From positions 3,698-67,697 of the IMG/VR virus record IMGVR_UViG_3300046171_000267: DNA of 64,000 nucleotides. One strand, given 5' to 3'. Each line of letters opens with the position of its first letter. Position 1 is the stretch's first letter. The notes beneath the pieces are model-generated. The model did no database searches. It saw only the letters and a list, made by a program, of their open reading frames with translations, and was not told where the DNA came from. Of this stretch, positions 20,515 through 30,010 are shown one piece after another. This stretch comes from a virus. A program made the translations under genes and the position numbers.

Positions 20515-20709
20515 ATGCCATATCATGAGCAGGTTGACTCCTTCACAATTGAGCTAGACAACCTGATCGTAAGGTACAGGAACGAATTTGATCTGACTTT
20601 AGAGACTATGATTGGGTGCTTGGAGGTAGCGAAGAACACTTTATCGAACCCCATGATGATTGATCTGGGGGCAGAAATGTTAGAGGAGGACGAAAATGAA
20701 CAAGAGTAA
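20515..20709 (+). CDS. Hypothetical protein
   Basis: MPYHEQVDSF... LTLETMIGCLE; fits operon packing. Confidence 0.55.
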   Translation: MPYHEQVDSFTIELDNLIVRYRNEFDLTLETMIGCLEVAKNTLSNPMMIDLGAEMLEEDENEQE

Positions 20710-20774
20710 AGCTATGTGTTGCTGTCAGAAGGCAGCTCATAAAACCCAAATGAAACTGAACCCACATCTTAAGA

Positions 20775-20954
20775 ATGGCAAAAGGAAGAAAAAGTCCCAA
20801 AAAAAGCGCTAAGAAAGGTGCTAAAAAAGATGCCTGTTATAGCAAGGTAAAGTCTCGCTATAAGAAATGGCCTAGTGCATATGCGTCAGGAGCCTTAGTG
20901 AAATGTCGAAAAGTCGGTGCTAAAAACTGGGGGAACAAGTCCAAGAAGAAATGA
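20775..20954 (+). CDS. Small basic protein, DUF5872-like (KDACYSKVKSRY..WPSAYASGALVKCRK); not in the ORF track
   Basis: 59-aa ORF translated by hand; motif recognised from cyanophage/marine virus small basic proteins; ATGA overlap with next gene. Confidence 0.75.
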   Translation: MAKGRKSPKKSAKKGAKKDACYSKVKSRYKKWPSAYASGALVKCRKVGAKNWGNKSKKK

Positions 20955-21502
20955 AGGATAAAATGCAAGATGTGAGAGTGCAGGGTGATGTAGGAGATGG
21001 CATCCCTTACATACCTCGGACTCCAAGGAGACTTATTGATTATACTAGCTGGGATTCCACCTCGACAAGACCGATGAATTCTCCGTATGAGAGTGCTGGG
21101 AATGATAAACTAGACGATCTCTTAACCTTAAGTAGAAAGCAAGCTGATGGTGATCCACTCTGGGAAAATATACTAGAGTTTGGGGATATGACGGGAGTTG
21201 CCTCTTGGGATGATTTGTGGAGAGCCTACAGTGAATTCAAGAGGGGTGATGGGACTAAGCTTAACATTCTGCTTGAGGGTGTAGGGGCATTACCGATAGT
21301 GGGGAAGATCAAGAAGATCATGGCGCTTAATATGATGCCAAATGTTTCTCCCGTAAAAAAGAATTTAGCTAAAGCAGCTAATGCATACGGCTCTATGAAA
21401 GTTCCTTTGGATGTTATAAATAAAGGAGACGCAGTGCAGGATGCTTGGGAGGATAATATAAAGCCATCATTAACCCCACAGAAATTATTGTATGAGCAGT
21501 GA
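20951..21502 (+). CDS. Hypothetical protein with pre-toxin TG-like motif
   Basis: DMTGVASWDD...EGVGALPIVGK. Confidence 0.5.
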   Translation: MKDKMQDVRVQGDVGDGIPYIPRTPRRLIDYTSWDSTSTRPMNSPYESAGNDKLDDLLTLSRKQADGDPLWENILEFGDMTGVASWDDLWRAYSEFKRGDGTKLNILLEGVGALPIVGKIKKIMALNMMPNVSPVKKNLAKAANAYGSMKVPLDVINKGDAVQDAWEDNIKPSLTPQKLLYEQ

Positions 21503-21713
21503 GGGCTTGAAGAAATGGTTCTCCCGTAATGGGGGGAAAGGCTGGATTGACTGCAAGACAGGTAAGCCCTGTGGAAGAAAGTCAGCCAAGAAGGGTAAGA
21601 GTAAAAGACCATACCCTGCGTGTAGACCCACTAAGGCACAATGCAATTCAGCGAAGAATAAGAAAAAAGGCCCAGCTAGAATCTCATGGAAGCAAAAATC
21701 CAAGAAGAAATAA
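21492..21713 (+). CDS. Small basic Cys-containing protein, DUF5872-like (GLKKWF..WIDCKTGKPCGR..YPACRP)
   Basis: Recognisable marine-virus motif. Confidence 0.7.
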   Translation: MSSEGLKKWFSRNGGKGWIDCKTGKPCGRKSAKKGKSKRPYPACRPTKAQCNSAKNKKKGPARISWKQKSKKK

Positions 21714-22177
21714 GACAGTGGTCTAGAGAGGTTCTTGAAGTGCCAAGCAAAGAATTTAACGGTTTAGCTGCTTGTCCTTTTGCTAGGAAAGCTTGGGCAA
21801 AGGGTAAGGTAAGATTTAATATGATCCACAACCTTAACGAATGCGGTGAAATTAAAAGAAACTGCCCCGATGATGACTCGGTTGATGTTGTTGCATGGGT
21901 TGGATACCAAGAAGTTCCAGTTGATAAATTTGATAACTGGATCGACGAACAGAATGATAATCATAATGGGGTATGGACTATTGGGTTCCATCCCGACCAC
22001 CCTGTGGATGAGAGTCTTGAGGAATTTGAAGGCAACGGAGCACCAGACTACGGCTTGATATTGATACAATCACTCAAGCATTTATCAAAATCCTCTGAAT
22101 CAATTTTCAAGAAAGGTTATTACAATAACTACTCCCAACAAGATAAAGAACATATAAAAGAAAGGAACCTACGATGA
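21686..22177 (+). CDS. DUF1415-like protein
   Basis: W...VL....CPFARKA and FHPD motifs. Confidence 0.65.
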   Translation: MEAKIQEEIRQWSREVLEVPSKEFNGLAACPFARKAWAKGKVRFNMIHNLNECGEIKRNCPDDDSVDVVAWVGYQEVPVDKFDNWIDEQNDNHNGVWTIGFHPDHPVDESLEEFEGNGAPDYGLILIQSLKHLSKSSESIFKKGYYNNYSQQDKEHIKERNLR

Positions 22178-22272
22178 GAGGTAGAAAAGGAATGAAGAAG
22201 AAACCTATGGCTAAGAAGCAAAAAACCTTACCTAAGTTTCTCCAGTCTAAGATAAAAAAGAAAAAAAAGTAA
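22174..22272 (+). CDS. Tiny Lys-rich protein (32 aa); not in the ORF track
   Basis: MRGRKGMKKKPMAKKQKTLPKFLQSKIKKKKK; ATGA overlap; fills the gap exactly. Confidence 0.55.
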   Translation: MRGRKGMKKKPMAKKQKTLPKFLQSKIKKKKK

Positions 22273-22275
22273 GTC

Positions 22276-22575
22276 ATGCCTGCAAAGAAGTCCCCAAAGT
22301 CTAAAATGAAGTGTGGTCAGGTTAAGAGATCAACCCGACCAAACAAGAAGGTGATGAAACTCTATTGTAAGAACGGCAAGAAAAAGCTCGTTCATGCAGG
22401 AGCAAAGGGATATGGCAATAACTACTCTGGTAAAGCTCGGAAGTCATTCAAAGCAAGACACAAGTGTTCAACTGCGAAATCAGGAACAGCGAGACACTTG
22501 GCTTGTACTGAGCTTTGGGGTGGTAAAGGTAAAAGAAAAACCTCTTGCCCGAAGGGAAGGAAGTGCAAGAAGTAA
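22276..22575 (+). CDS. Small basic protein, DUF6321/DUF5754-like
   Basis: KKLVHAGAKG...RKSFKARHKC..AK..TARHLAC..LW motif. Confidence 0.65.
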   Translation: MPAKKSPKSKMKCGQVKRSTRPNKKVMKLYCKNGKKKLVHAGAKGYGNNYSGKARKSFKARHKCSTAKSGTARHLACTELWGGKGKRKTSCPKGRKCKK

Positions 22576-23613
22576 CTAGTGGGCGTACCCCTTAGTTGTC
22601 TCCTTGCTACTGTGACCTACAATCTTACCGATATCTTCAAGCATTACACCTGCTCGGCTAAGTCTTGTAATAAAGCTATGCCTTAAGCAGTGGAATGTCT
22701 TGTCGTATACTCCTGCCCGTTGGCAAATTCTGCCAAAGTAAACACTCATTCTTGACCTCTTGGAAGTGTCTTCGTGGATAGCTCTCTGCTCAGGGAAGCA
22801 AAAGGTTTCATCAACAACTTCTATTTCGGAAAGTACCCTGCGAAGCTTATCTCCTCCGCATAGCTCATGGTCAATTGGAATGACTACTCTTTTGTCCTTC
22901 TTCTCTGTCCACACGGTGATTGTATTGTTCGTTAATGAATCCCACTCTAGGCAACATATATCACCAAGCCTTAGTCCTGTCCAGTAGGAGAGGGCAGTAG
23001 CTTGCCTGTAGAAATAAGGTGCTGCATTAAGGACATCGAAATATTCCCTGTAAGTAAATGGCTCTCTCTGTGAGGCTTCTTTTTGTCTATGGCTCAGCAG
23101 GCTTTTGTCTATTGATACAAGTGCCATTGGGTTGCTTGAGGTAAATCCCTTTGCCATAGCATACTTGAATAGACCATTCATGGCTGTCTGCCTGAGCTTC
23201 CTGTTTGCTAGAGTCGTTTGATCTTTGCGATTGAGAAACTCGAACAGGTCTTCCTCTTTTATTCTGGTAATTGGTTTGCCTGTAGCCTTGTAGTCTTCCC
23301 CAAATTGTTTGAAGACTGCAATGTAAGTGGTGATGGTATTCCCTGATCGGCTTAGCTTCTTGAGATGGTTGGTGTACAGCTCGAATACCTCATCATATTT
23401 AGTAAGACTGCCATGTGTAAGTTTACTGTAAATTTCCTGAGAGAGAACACCAAGCTGGGCAGCAGTCTCCAGCTTTTCAATACCGAGCTCTTTGACCATT
23501 TCCTGTGCTCGCTTGAGGGTTTTAACCTTAAGGTTGGTGCTTCTGATTGAACCATCCTGTGCGTTATAGCGTACGCTGTAGGTTCCTGACTTATCGTTTT
23601 TAACTATCTTCAT
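22576..23613 (-). CDS. Tyrosine recombinase/integrase (second copy)
   Basis: YWTGLRLGD (R), FHCLRHS (HxxR), VGHS...TKGY (H,Y); SAM-like core-binding domain. Confidence 0.93.
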   Translation of the reverse strand: MKIVKNDKSGTYSVRYNAQDGSIRSTNLKVKTLKRAQEMVKELGIEKLETAAQLGVLSQEIYSKLTHGSLTKYDEVFELYTNHLKKLSRSGNTITTYIAVFKQFGEDYKATGKPITRIKEEDLFEFLNRKDQTTLANRKLRQTAMNGLFKYAMAKGFTSSNPMALVSIDKSLLSHRQKEASQREPFTYREYFDVLNAAPYFYRQATALSYWTGLRLGDICCLEWDSLTNNTITVWTEKKDKRVVIPIDHELCGGDKLRRVLSEIEVVDETFCFPEQRAIHEDTSKRSRMSVYFGRICQRAGVYDKTFHCLRHSFITRLSRAGVMLEDIGKIVGHSSKETTKGYAH

Positions 23614-23617
23614 GTAA

Positions 23618-23797
23618 CTAAAGTTTCAATGGCTCACGATCACGAGGATCAATATAGTGCATACCTTTAGGATTCTTTTTTCTATTGTTTTGCAATATAG
23701 CCAAAGTCATCAGCATGAACTTTTCATTCTTTCCACATATCACAATTGGCAATCTTTTTTGCCCATCCGCACACCACTCAAGTTTCTTCATTCCCAT
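23618..23797 (-). CDS. Small hypothetical protein (59 aa); not in the ORF track
   Basis: MGMKKLEWCADG...REPLKL*, fills the gap between helicase and recombinase. Confidence 0.4.
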   Translation of the reverse strand: MGMKKLEWCADGQKRLPIVICGKNEKFMLMTLAILQNNRKKNPKGMHYIDPRDREPLKL

Positions 23798-23814
23798 TGA
23801 TCTACATTATTAGG

Positions 23815-26208
23815 TTACATAGTCAAACTTAATTTACTTAGCCATTCTTCCTGACAGTCATACTCAGGCACAGACTTAGCATTCCAGTGTCCAGACAGGG
23901 ACTTACCTAGGTGCTCGGCAAATACTTCTGCATCTGATTCATTCACATAGCTGGTAGGCACACGCTTACCTTTGGTGCAGATCGTGGCGGCATCTTCTTT
24001 CTGAGCGAGGCGATCAAACATAAGTTCCTCGATGCTATCCTTGATGAGGATGATCGTGCATTCAACATCCCGTGGAGAGTTCAGCCTGTAGATTCTACCG
24101 AGAGCCTGATTGAATGTGCCATAACTCCACTCAAGTGAACCAATAATAAGATGCCTGCAGTTGTCAAAGCTGTGACCAACAGCACACTTGATACCCATGA
24201 GCATAACCTTAGTTTTGCCAGTCTTGAAGCTATCTGACTGCTTGGCATGATTAGAAGTGGAGCTGTCAATCCTGCTGTAGGAAACATTCATCTCAGCTAA
24301 GGCTTTAGCAATGATATCATTCTGACCCTTGAATGCAGAAATGTGAACGACCTGCTCACCTGCCTCAATGAGTTTCTTGATCTTCTGCATGGTAGCAAGC
24401 GTCTTAGGATTCCATATGGACTCAACAATGTTATTCCACTCACGCCCCTCTGGGTCAGCACAAATCCCACGAAGGCGTTGCTGCTGAACGCCAGCACGAG
24501 CAAAGGATTCATAGGGAATATTATCTAGATCAAGATTATAGGCATACAATTCCTTCTGCTGTTCACCAAATGGAACACGCACGGTATTGATCTTACAGTT
24601 AACAAGATCAGGATTACACTGTGCCTTGGAGATGTAAGCGATAATAGTCTTAAGTAACTTGAGTAAACGAGGAGCATTAGAAATCATAGCGGCATCTCTT
24701 GCTCTAGTGTTACTACCCTCGGCAAACTTAGTCATGTCAATCTCCTTAGAGAGGAATAATTCCTTGAAGTTTGAAATGTCATCACAAGTGAAAGGCCAAC
24801 GGGCATTAGACATACCACCCTGATACCAATTAGGAACAGCCAGCCAACCCATAAGAGAGAATATATTGTGACAGATATTGGGAACAGGAGTAGCAGTAAG
24901 GCAGTACTTGTACTTAGCCTGAAGCTTGAGGATGGCACGAGTGACCAATGACTTCATGTTGCACATGACATGAGCCTCATCAATGATGATCATATCAAAA
25001 ATGTTACCAACGATGGTAGCAAGATGTGGCTTGTAGATGCAGGTGATACCTTTGCGGGTGATGCCAATGCCACGATGGTAGCCTGATGGCACTCGAACTT
25101 TAGTATCATTCCGCTCGATGTAATTCTCATAATCAAACTTATCGTCAAACTTAGAACCACGCTCATCAGCAGGCCAGCTTGTGGGGAAATCCTCAAAGCC
25201 ACCGTTGAAGAAAGCAGTATGATAGGAAAAGTAAACACCATCGGGCAACTCACCATACTCGTATATGATGCGATTGTAATCCTTCATACTGAACAACTGG
25301 AACACCTGACGATCTGGAGAGAACCGCTTGAACTCTTTCATCCACTGAGCAGCGACATCTGTACTTCTTACTGTACCCTTGGGGGCAATCAGTAAAGTTT
25401 TCCTGCAGTTCTTGATAAGATCAAGATTGATGGCGAAGAATGTCTTGCCACAACCTGTCTCCGCAGTGATGCAGGCGGAATCGGTAAGCGACACGCTGGC
25501 GATATATTCCTTCTGACCCTCAAAGCATTTGAAGTTGTTCATGATCTCTGCAAACTCGATTGTCTGCAGAGCTTTCTTGTACTTCTCTGGATAGGCATCC
25601 TTGAGTGACTTGATCTTAGGTTTCTCAAAGTATACCCACAAGTACTTAAGGGAGCCACGACCATCACGATTGTCGATGAATGTCTTGAAATTCTTGTGGT
25701 CATTATGGAAGCCGATACCGAAATTAGCACCGCTAAGTTTGTAGTCATTATCGTAGACCTCGGTCTGACCAGACATTGGCAACACCCGCATCTTGGGCTT
25801 GGAGTAGTAGGAGTCAAATGTGACTGACAATCTTCTGCAATCATATGACTTACCTTTGGTGATACCAAGTTTGGTAGATGTAACCTTAGCGACAAGCTTT
25901 TGGTTATTGTCTAGGTAGCCCATCAACTCGTAGTCCGTTGGCTCAAGGATTGGATGATCAGGCTCCCGCTTCGAGTTGATAGCAGAACCGATAGCCTTGT
26001 CTGCACTGGCAGATATGACAATTCGTCCAGATACCTGCAGTGAGCTAAGTCTCTCCAGAACCATTCTGTCATAGCCGTATGACAATGTCATCGGTAGCTT
26101 GCCATCCACATACTTAAGGATGGCATTCACATCCGAATAATCAGTCTGCTTGGCAATGCCGAATGTGCCTAGTGGCGTTAGTATTAAATGTGATTTTGCT
26201 CTATGCAT
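23815..26208 (-). CDS. SNF2-family (DEAH) helicase/ATPase
   Basis: AETGCGKT Walker A, IIDEAH, LTATP, QALGRIYR motif VI. Confidence 0.9.
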   Translation of the reverse strand: MHRAKSHLILTPLGTFGIAKQTDYSDVNAILKYVDGKLPMTLSYGYDRMVLERLSSLQVSGRIVISASADKAIGSAINSKREPDHPILEPTDYELMGYLDNNQKLVAKVTSTKLGITKGKSYDCRRLSVTFDSYYSKPKMRVLPMSGQTEVYDNDYKLSGANFGIGFHNDHKNFKTFIDNRDGRGSLKYLWVYFEKPKIKSLKDAYPEKYKKALQTIEFAEIMNNFKCFEGQKEYIASVSLTDSACITAETGCGKTFFAINLDLIKNCRKTLLIAPKGTVRSTDVAAQWMKEFKRFSPDRQVFQLFSMKDYNRIIYEYGELPDGVYFSYHTAFFNGGFEDFPTSWPADERGSKFDDKFDYENYIERNDTKVRVPSGYHRGIGITRKGITCIYKPHLATIVGNIFDMIIIDEAHVMCNMKSLVTRAILKLQAKYKYCLTATPVPNICHNIFSLMGWLAVPNWYQGGMSNARWPFTCDDISNFKELFLSKEIDMTKFAEGSNTRARDAAMISNAPRLLKLLKTIIAYISKAQCNPDLVNCKINTVRVPFGEQQKELYAYNLDLDNIPYESFARAGVQQQRLRGICADPEGREWNNIVESIWNPKTLATMQKIKKLIEAGEQVVHISAFKGQNDIIAKALAEMNVSYSRIDSSTSNHAKQSDSFKTGKTKVMLMGIKCAVGHSFDNCRHLIIGSLEWSYGTFNQALGRIYRLNSPRDVECTIILIKDSIEELMFDRLAQKEDAATICTKGKRVPTSYVNESDAEVFAEHLGKSLSGHWNAKSVPEYDCQEEWLSKLSLTM

Positions 26209-26301
26209 TTTTCTTCCTTATCCTCTGTCTCTTCCTTTTGGAACAGGTTCCAGAGGCACAATTGTTTAGTATGTCCATACTCTTCCTCGAAGGGCATGGG
26301 G

Positions 26302-26511
26302 TTAGCTCTTATGGCATCTCTTGCCAAGTCTTCTATCTCTGGGCTTAGGTTCATTCCACTCCTTTGCTTTTTCTATTGTTATCTCAGTAATCTGTCCGTC
26401 CACCTCTACTTCAAAAGGAACAATAGTATCCTTTTGGTAGAGAAGTTCTTCAAGTTGCTGAGTCGTTAGTTTAATCGATAGACTCTCGTCCATTACATTA
26501 TGAATTATCAT
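26302..26511 (-). CDS. Hypothetical protein
   Basis: ORF in operon with ATGA overlap. Confidence 0.45.
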   Translation of the reverse strand: MIIHNVMDESLSIKLTTQQLEELLYQKDTIVPFEVEVDGQITEITIEKAKEWNEPKPRDRRLGKRCHKS

Positions 26512-26798
26512 TTTGATTTAAGAATTGGATATTCGTTTTCGATCCCATCAAGAATCTCACGAACCTCCCAGTCGCACTCTCGCCACTCGTTGATTCGCTT
26601 GACCGCATAGCTTATGTTTGAATGAATCCTGTCGAACTCTTTACCGATAGCTATCTGTGTGTTCTTTTTCTTAAAGCTGTAGAACATCGCTATCTGACGA
26701 GCTAAGGCTACATTCTTTAAGCGGGATCGTGAGTTTATATCGGGAACTGTAACTCCCATATACTTTGCTACTATTTCTTTTATAGCACTGATTTTCAT
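26508..26798 (-). CDS. Stand-alone DnaA domain IV (DnaA-box-binding HTH)-like protein
   Basis: IKEIVAKY.GV...DI.SRSR..NVALARQIAMF...IGKEFDRIHSNISYAVKRI closely follows the DnaA C-terminal signature. Confidence 0.85.
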   Translation of the reverse strand: MKISAIKEIVAKYMGVTVPDINSRSRLKNVALARQIAMFYSFKKKNTQIAIGKEFDRIHSNISYAVKRINEWRECDWEVREILDGIENEYPILKSK

Positions 26799-27715
26799 TA
26801 GTGGTCTCTGGATTCTCTATGGTTATGGAACTGAACGACGAGTTCCTCTTCAAATTTAGGATTGTAGTCTTTGCCCATAAAGTGAGCCCATATCTCTGGG
26901 TACTCATCGCCATGAATCTTGAATCGCTTTGGTGGTGGCACTTCATCGTTGGCTACTGCCAAATCACTGCTGTTAGTAATGCAGTCACCACATACAACCT
27001 TCTCGCTCATATTCTTGCCAATTCCCATGAGTGTGCCGTCACTAAAGCTACCAGTAGCATCACAGTCATCACAGGTAGACTCGCCTTCCTCATCTCTTTG
27101 GGGCGTTTGGACAAGAAATGAGTGTTTCCCGTATTTAGTTAAATGGGTTACAAGTGCATCATACCTAGCAATAGCCTCAGATTTATCACCAAAGCACTCA
27201 CCGAGAACATACTCATTGCTGTCATCGTTTTTTACATCAACGATCCAACACTCATTCTCATCATGCTCATGGGAATCATTTCGTATGACAACCTCATGTC
27301 CACTGATTATTCCACTGTATCGCTCAAAGCCTTCATCACTGAGTTGCATCTTGTCTCGCTCTACCTTTAGATTGTCCTCGTATACACAATCCTCTACATC
27401 ATTCTGTACGCCATACCTGAGCGAGAGATAGATATTATCATCAGTAATTTGACTGATTGAACAGGTAGCAAATCCTCCGCTCTTGAGCCTGAAGTCTCGC
27501 CTAGCATCAGCTTCGACCTTATCCATAATCTGTTTCAGCTTATCAGTCTCTTCATCACTGAGACCTGTAGGCTCAGGATGGGAAAGATACTGGTAAGTCG
27601 CATCATTCAGAAAATCATCGTGACACATATTTTGCACCATCAGTTCAGCCTCAAGAGCAGTGTCTGCAAACACTTCATGAGAAACATATACTTTTACACT
27701 TACTTTGAACTTCAT
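26798..27715 (-). CDS. Hypothetical protein with CxxC...CxxC zinc ribbon
   Basis: 305-aa ORF; CDDC...CGDC. Confidence 0.55.
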   Translation of the reverse strand: MKFKVSVKVYVSHEVFADTALEAELMVQNMCHDDFLNDATYQYLSHPEPTGLSDEETDKLKQIMDKVEADARRDFRLKSGGFATCSISQITDDNIYLSLRYGVQNDVEDCVYEDNLKVERDKMQLSDEGFERYSGIISGHEVVIRNDSHEHDENECWIVDVKNDDSNEYVLGECFGDKSEAIARYDALVTHLTKYGKHSFLVQTPQRDEEGESTCDDCDATGSFSDGTLMGIGKNMSEKVVCGDCITNSSDLAVANDEVPPPKRFKIHGDEYPEIWAHFMGKDYNPKFEEELVVQFHNHRESRDH

Positions 27716-28041
27716 TACTTATCTCCTTCTATATATTCTTTGTATTTATTTAGTTGTTTTTCGTTGTTGATCCATATCTCACCAATCTTGATCTTGGTGC
27801 TGACATTTGAATAACAGCGATAGTAGTTGAGAGCCTCGTCCACACTGCTGAATGTGCCAAAGTAGCCACGCCTGCAGTTCTTGAGGTATCTCTGTTTTTG
27901 TTGACCCGTGTATCCTTTGCGAAGGACTTCCACCCTCCATTTTTCCTTTATGCTTTCGGGTATCCTGAGCTTGCTGGTTTCATAGAAACACCGCAGGAAA
28001 GGGAACTTACGGTATAGTAGTATTTTTATTTTATTAATCAT
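27715..28041 (-). CDS. Hypothetical protein
   Basis: ORF tightly packed in operon. Confidence 0.5.
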   Translation of the reverse strand: MINKIKILLYRKFPFLRCFYETSKLRIPESIKEKWRVEVLRKGYTGQQKQRYLKNCRRGYFGTFSSVDEALNYYRCYSNVSTKIKIGEIWINNEKQLNKYKEYIEGDK

Positions 28042-28631
28042 TGTTTTAAGAACGGGAAGTGCTCTTCGACTTTCCGTTGGAATGTGATAATATTATCGAG
28101 CTTTGCCTCTATACGCTGTATCTGCTCGCCAACATCAGGGGCTTCGGTACGATTGACATTGGATGGACTGATCATGCTAATCAGTTTTACAAGCTCAGCA
28201 CCCAAGTCATGCGGTGCGGGATCAGGCGGAGTGATAGGAAGAGATGGCTCACCGAACACATCCTCATCGTTACTCTCAAGCGGAAGCTCAATACCAACTG
28301 TCTCGACCACAGTGGGCTCAACAGTAGACTTAACATCCTTGAAAGGATTTTTCCTGCCACTCTCTACAGATATCTTGCCATCCTCTAGAGCGTCCAGTGT
28401 CTCGCTAAGGATTTGATCTCTACGCTGATCCAGAGCGATCTGCATATCTGCAGGGTCTTCAGGCCAACCGCCAAGTGGGGCAGACAGGAATGATCCGTCC
28501 TGATCAGTCACCAAGTTGAGCAGAGCAGTAATCTTCGTGCCGTAGGTGTCGTTAATAAATGAGACGATCTTGCCCTTGTAGGCATCGTTATCGTTCTCGA
28601 ACTTTTTAATAGCTAATAATGTTTCGTTCAT
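28038..28631 (-). CDS. Hypothetical protein
   Basis: 197-aa ORF in operon. Confidence 0.55.
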   Translation of the reverse strand: MNETLLAIKKFENDNDAYKGKIVSFINDTYGTKITALLNLVTDQDGSFLSAPLGGWPEDPADMQIALDQRRDQILSETLDALEDGKISVESGRKNPFKDVKSTVEPTVVETVGIELPLESNDEDVFGEPSLPITPPDPAPHDLGAELVKLISMISPSNVNRTEAPDVGEQIQRIEAKLDNIITFQRKVEEHFPFLKQ

Positions 28632-28746
28632 TTCCTTTTCTTGAATGATTTTGATTTTTTAAATGGGCGATTGCCCTTGTGTGGATTTTTGCGAACCTTG
28701 ATCTTTGACATATCCATGTCTGCCAATTTTCGCTTGTTAGTCTCTT

Positions 28747-29100
28747 TCATGAGTTTTCATTAATCCTTTCCAGTTGCTCCTGTAGTTCGTTCTCTACCCA
28801 TCTCTCCCTGCCTTCCTTTAGGATTTCATCCAATCGGAAAGTGCCGCTACGCAATAGGCCGCCCAATGTGCCGTATTCATCAAAGGAGATTTCTTTGACT
28901 TCAAATACTGAAACAATTCTCATATCAGACCACAGGCCGTCTGAATCAATGCTGGTGCAACTATACTGCCAGCAGAGAAATAAGTTTTCCCAATTGTCAT
29001 CCCATTTGTCACGAGGAGTTGTTGTGGCAACAGGGATATAATCGTAATACTCAAAGTCCCCGTCCCTACACTTTTCTGTAATTAAGTAGTATTTCTTCAT
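28747..29100 (-). CDS. Hypothetical protein
   Basis: 117-aa ORF in operon. Confidence 0.55.
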   Translation of the reverse strand: MKKYYLITEKCRDGDFEYYDYIPVATTTPRDKWDDNWENLFLCWQYSCTSIDSDGLWSDMRIVSVFEVKEISFDEYGTLGGLLRSGTFRLDEILKEGRERWVENELQEQLERINENS

Positions 29101-29138
29101 ATAAATATGGAGGACTTACACCTTGCGGATGCCTCCTG

Positions 29139-30005
29139 TTAGATAGCGTAGGCGAGGTTCTCAGCTTCCTGCTCAACAGGAGGAAACTCGTCGTTGAAAC
29201 CAGAATGCTTCTCAAGCAAACTAAGGACACCCTGAGTGCGAGCGACACGGTCATCGAACTCCCACTTCTTGGCGATCTCTGTGAAGGCATTCTGAAATGC
29301 CCAGAAGTCATCACGCTCAAACTCCTCATGACAAGGCTTGCGGTACTCGTCACGCCACAGACCAACAGCAGATGAAGACTTGTGCAATGCACCCCTGTCA
29401 GTCTTGGAGTCCTTGGTGAGCTCGTACTCTTCCAAGTAATCAATCGCCTCACCGTAAATCTGGCGACGAACCTCAGGCTTGAGCTTAGTCTCCTTGAAGA
29501 ACTGGACACGATTGTGAGTACGCTCGAAGTCGTACTTCAGTTTACCCACAGCATCTGATACCCGTTTGGGTAGCTCGTCGAGGATACCCTGTGTATGTTT
29601 GTGACCAATGACATGATCATTGGAAAAGCACATATTATCACAGATAAACACCCGTGTACCAACTGACAGCAGAGCCCGTGATGCACATGAGTTGCTGTTA
29701 CGAAGCCCAATGGTTGGCGTGTACTCAGTAGCGTCCGACTTGACATCGATCACTCCAAAGAACTTGTCAATCTTGAGGGTATCACCCTTCGGGCCATTGG
29801 GGCCACCTTCGACTTGCTGTAGGGCAAACTCAGTGTCCTGCACTTTGTAGCCGTGCTTGGTAAGCTGTGAGACAGCCAGATCAATCAGATCAGAGTGACG
29901 AAATGGCTGGTGCGTTTTTGTGTGTGGATTAGCCAAGGGTAAGCCCTTCAGGAGATCGTAACTCACGATCTTGCTATCCGAGGATTCGCGGCATATTCTG
30001 CTCAT
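29139..30005 (-). CDS. DUF932/DUF945 family protein
   Basis: THQPFRH.DL..., IGLRNS......L.VGTRVFICDNMCF...HKHT motif. Confidence 0.8.
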   Translation of the reverse strand: MSRICRESSDSKIVSYDLLKGLPLANPHTKTHQPFRHSDLIDLAVSQLTKHGYKVQDTEFALQQVEGGPNGPKGDTLKIDKFFGVIDVKSDATEYTPTIGLRNSNSCASRALLSVGTRVFICDNMCFSNDHVIGHKHTQGILDELPKRVSDAVGKLKYDFERTHNRVQFFKETKLKPEVRRQIYGEAIDYLEEYELTKDSKTDRGALHKSSSAVGLWRDEYRKPCHEEFERDDFWAFQNAFTEIAKKWEFDDRVARTQGVLSLLEKHSGFNDEFPPVEQEAENLAYAI

Positions 30006-30010
30006 TTGAT

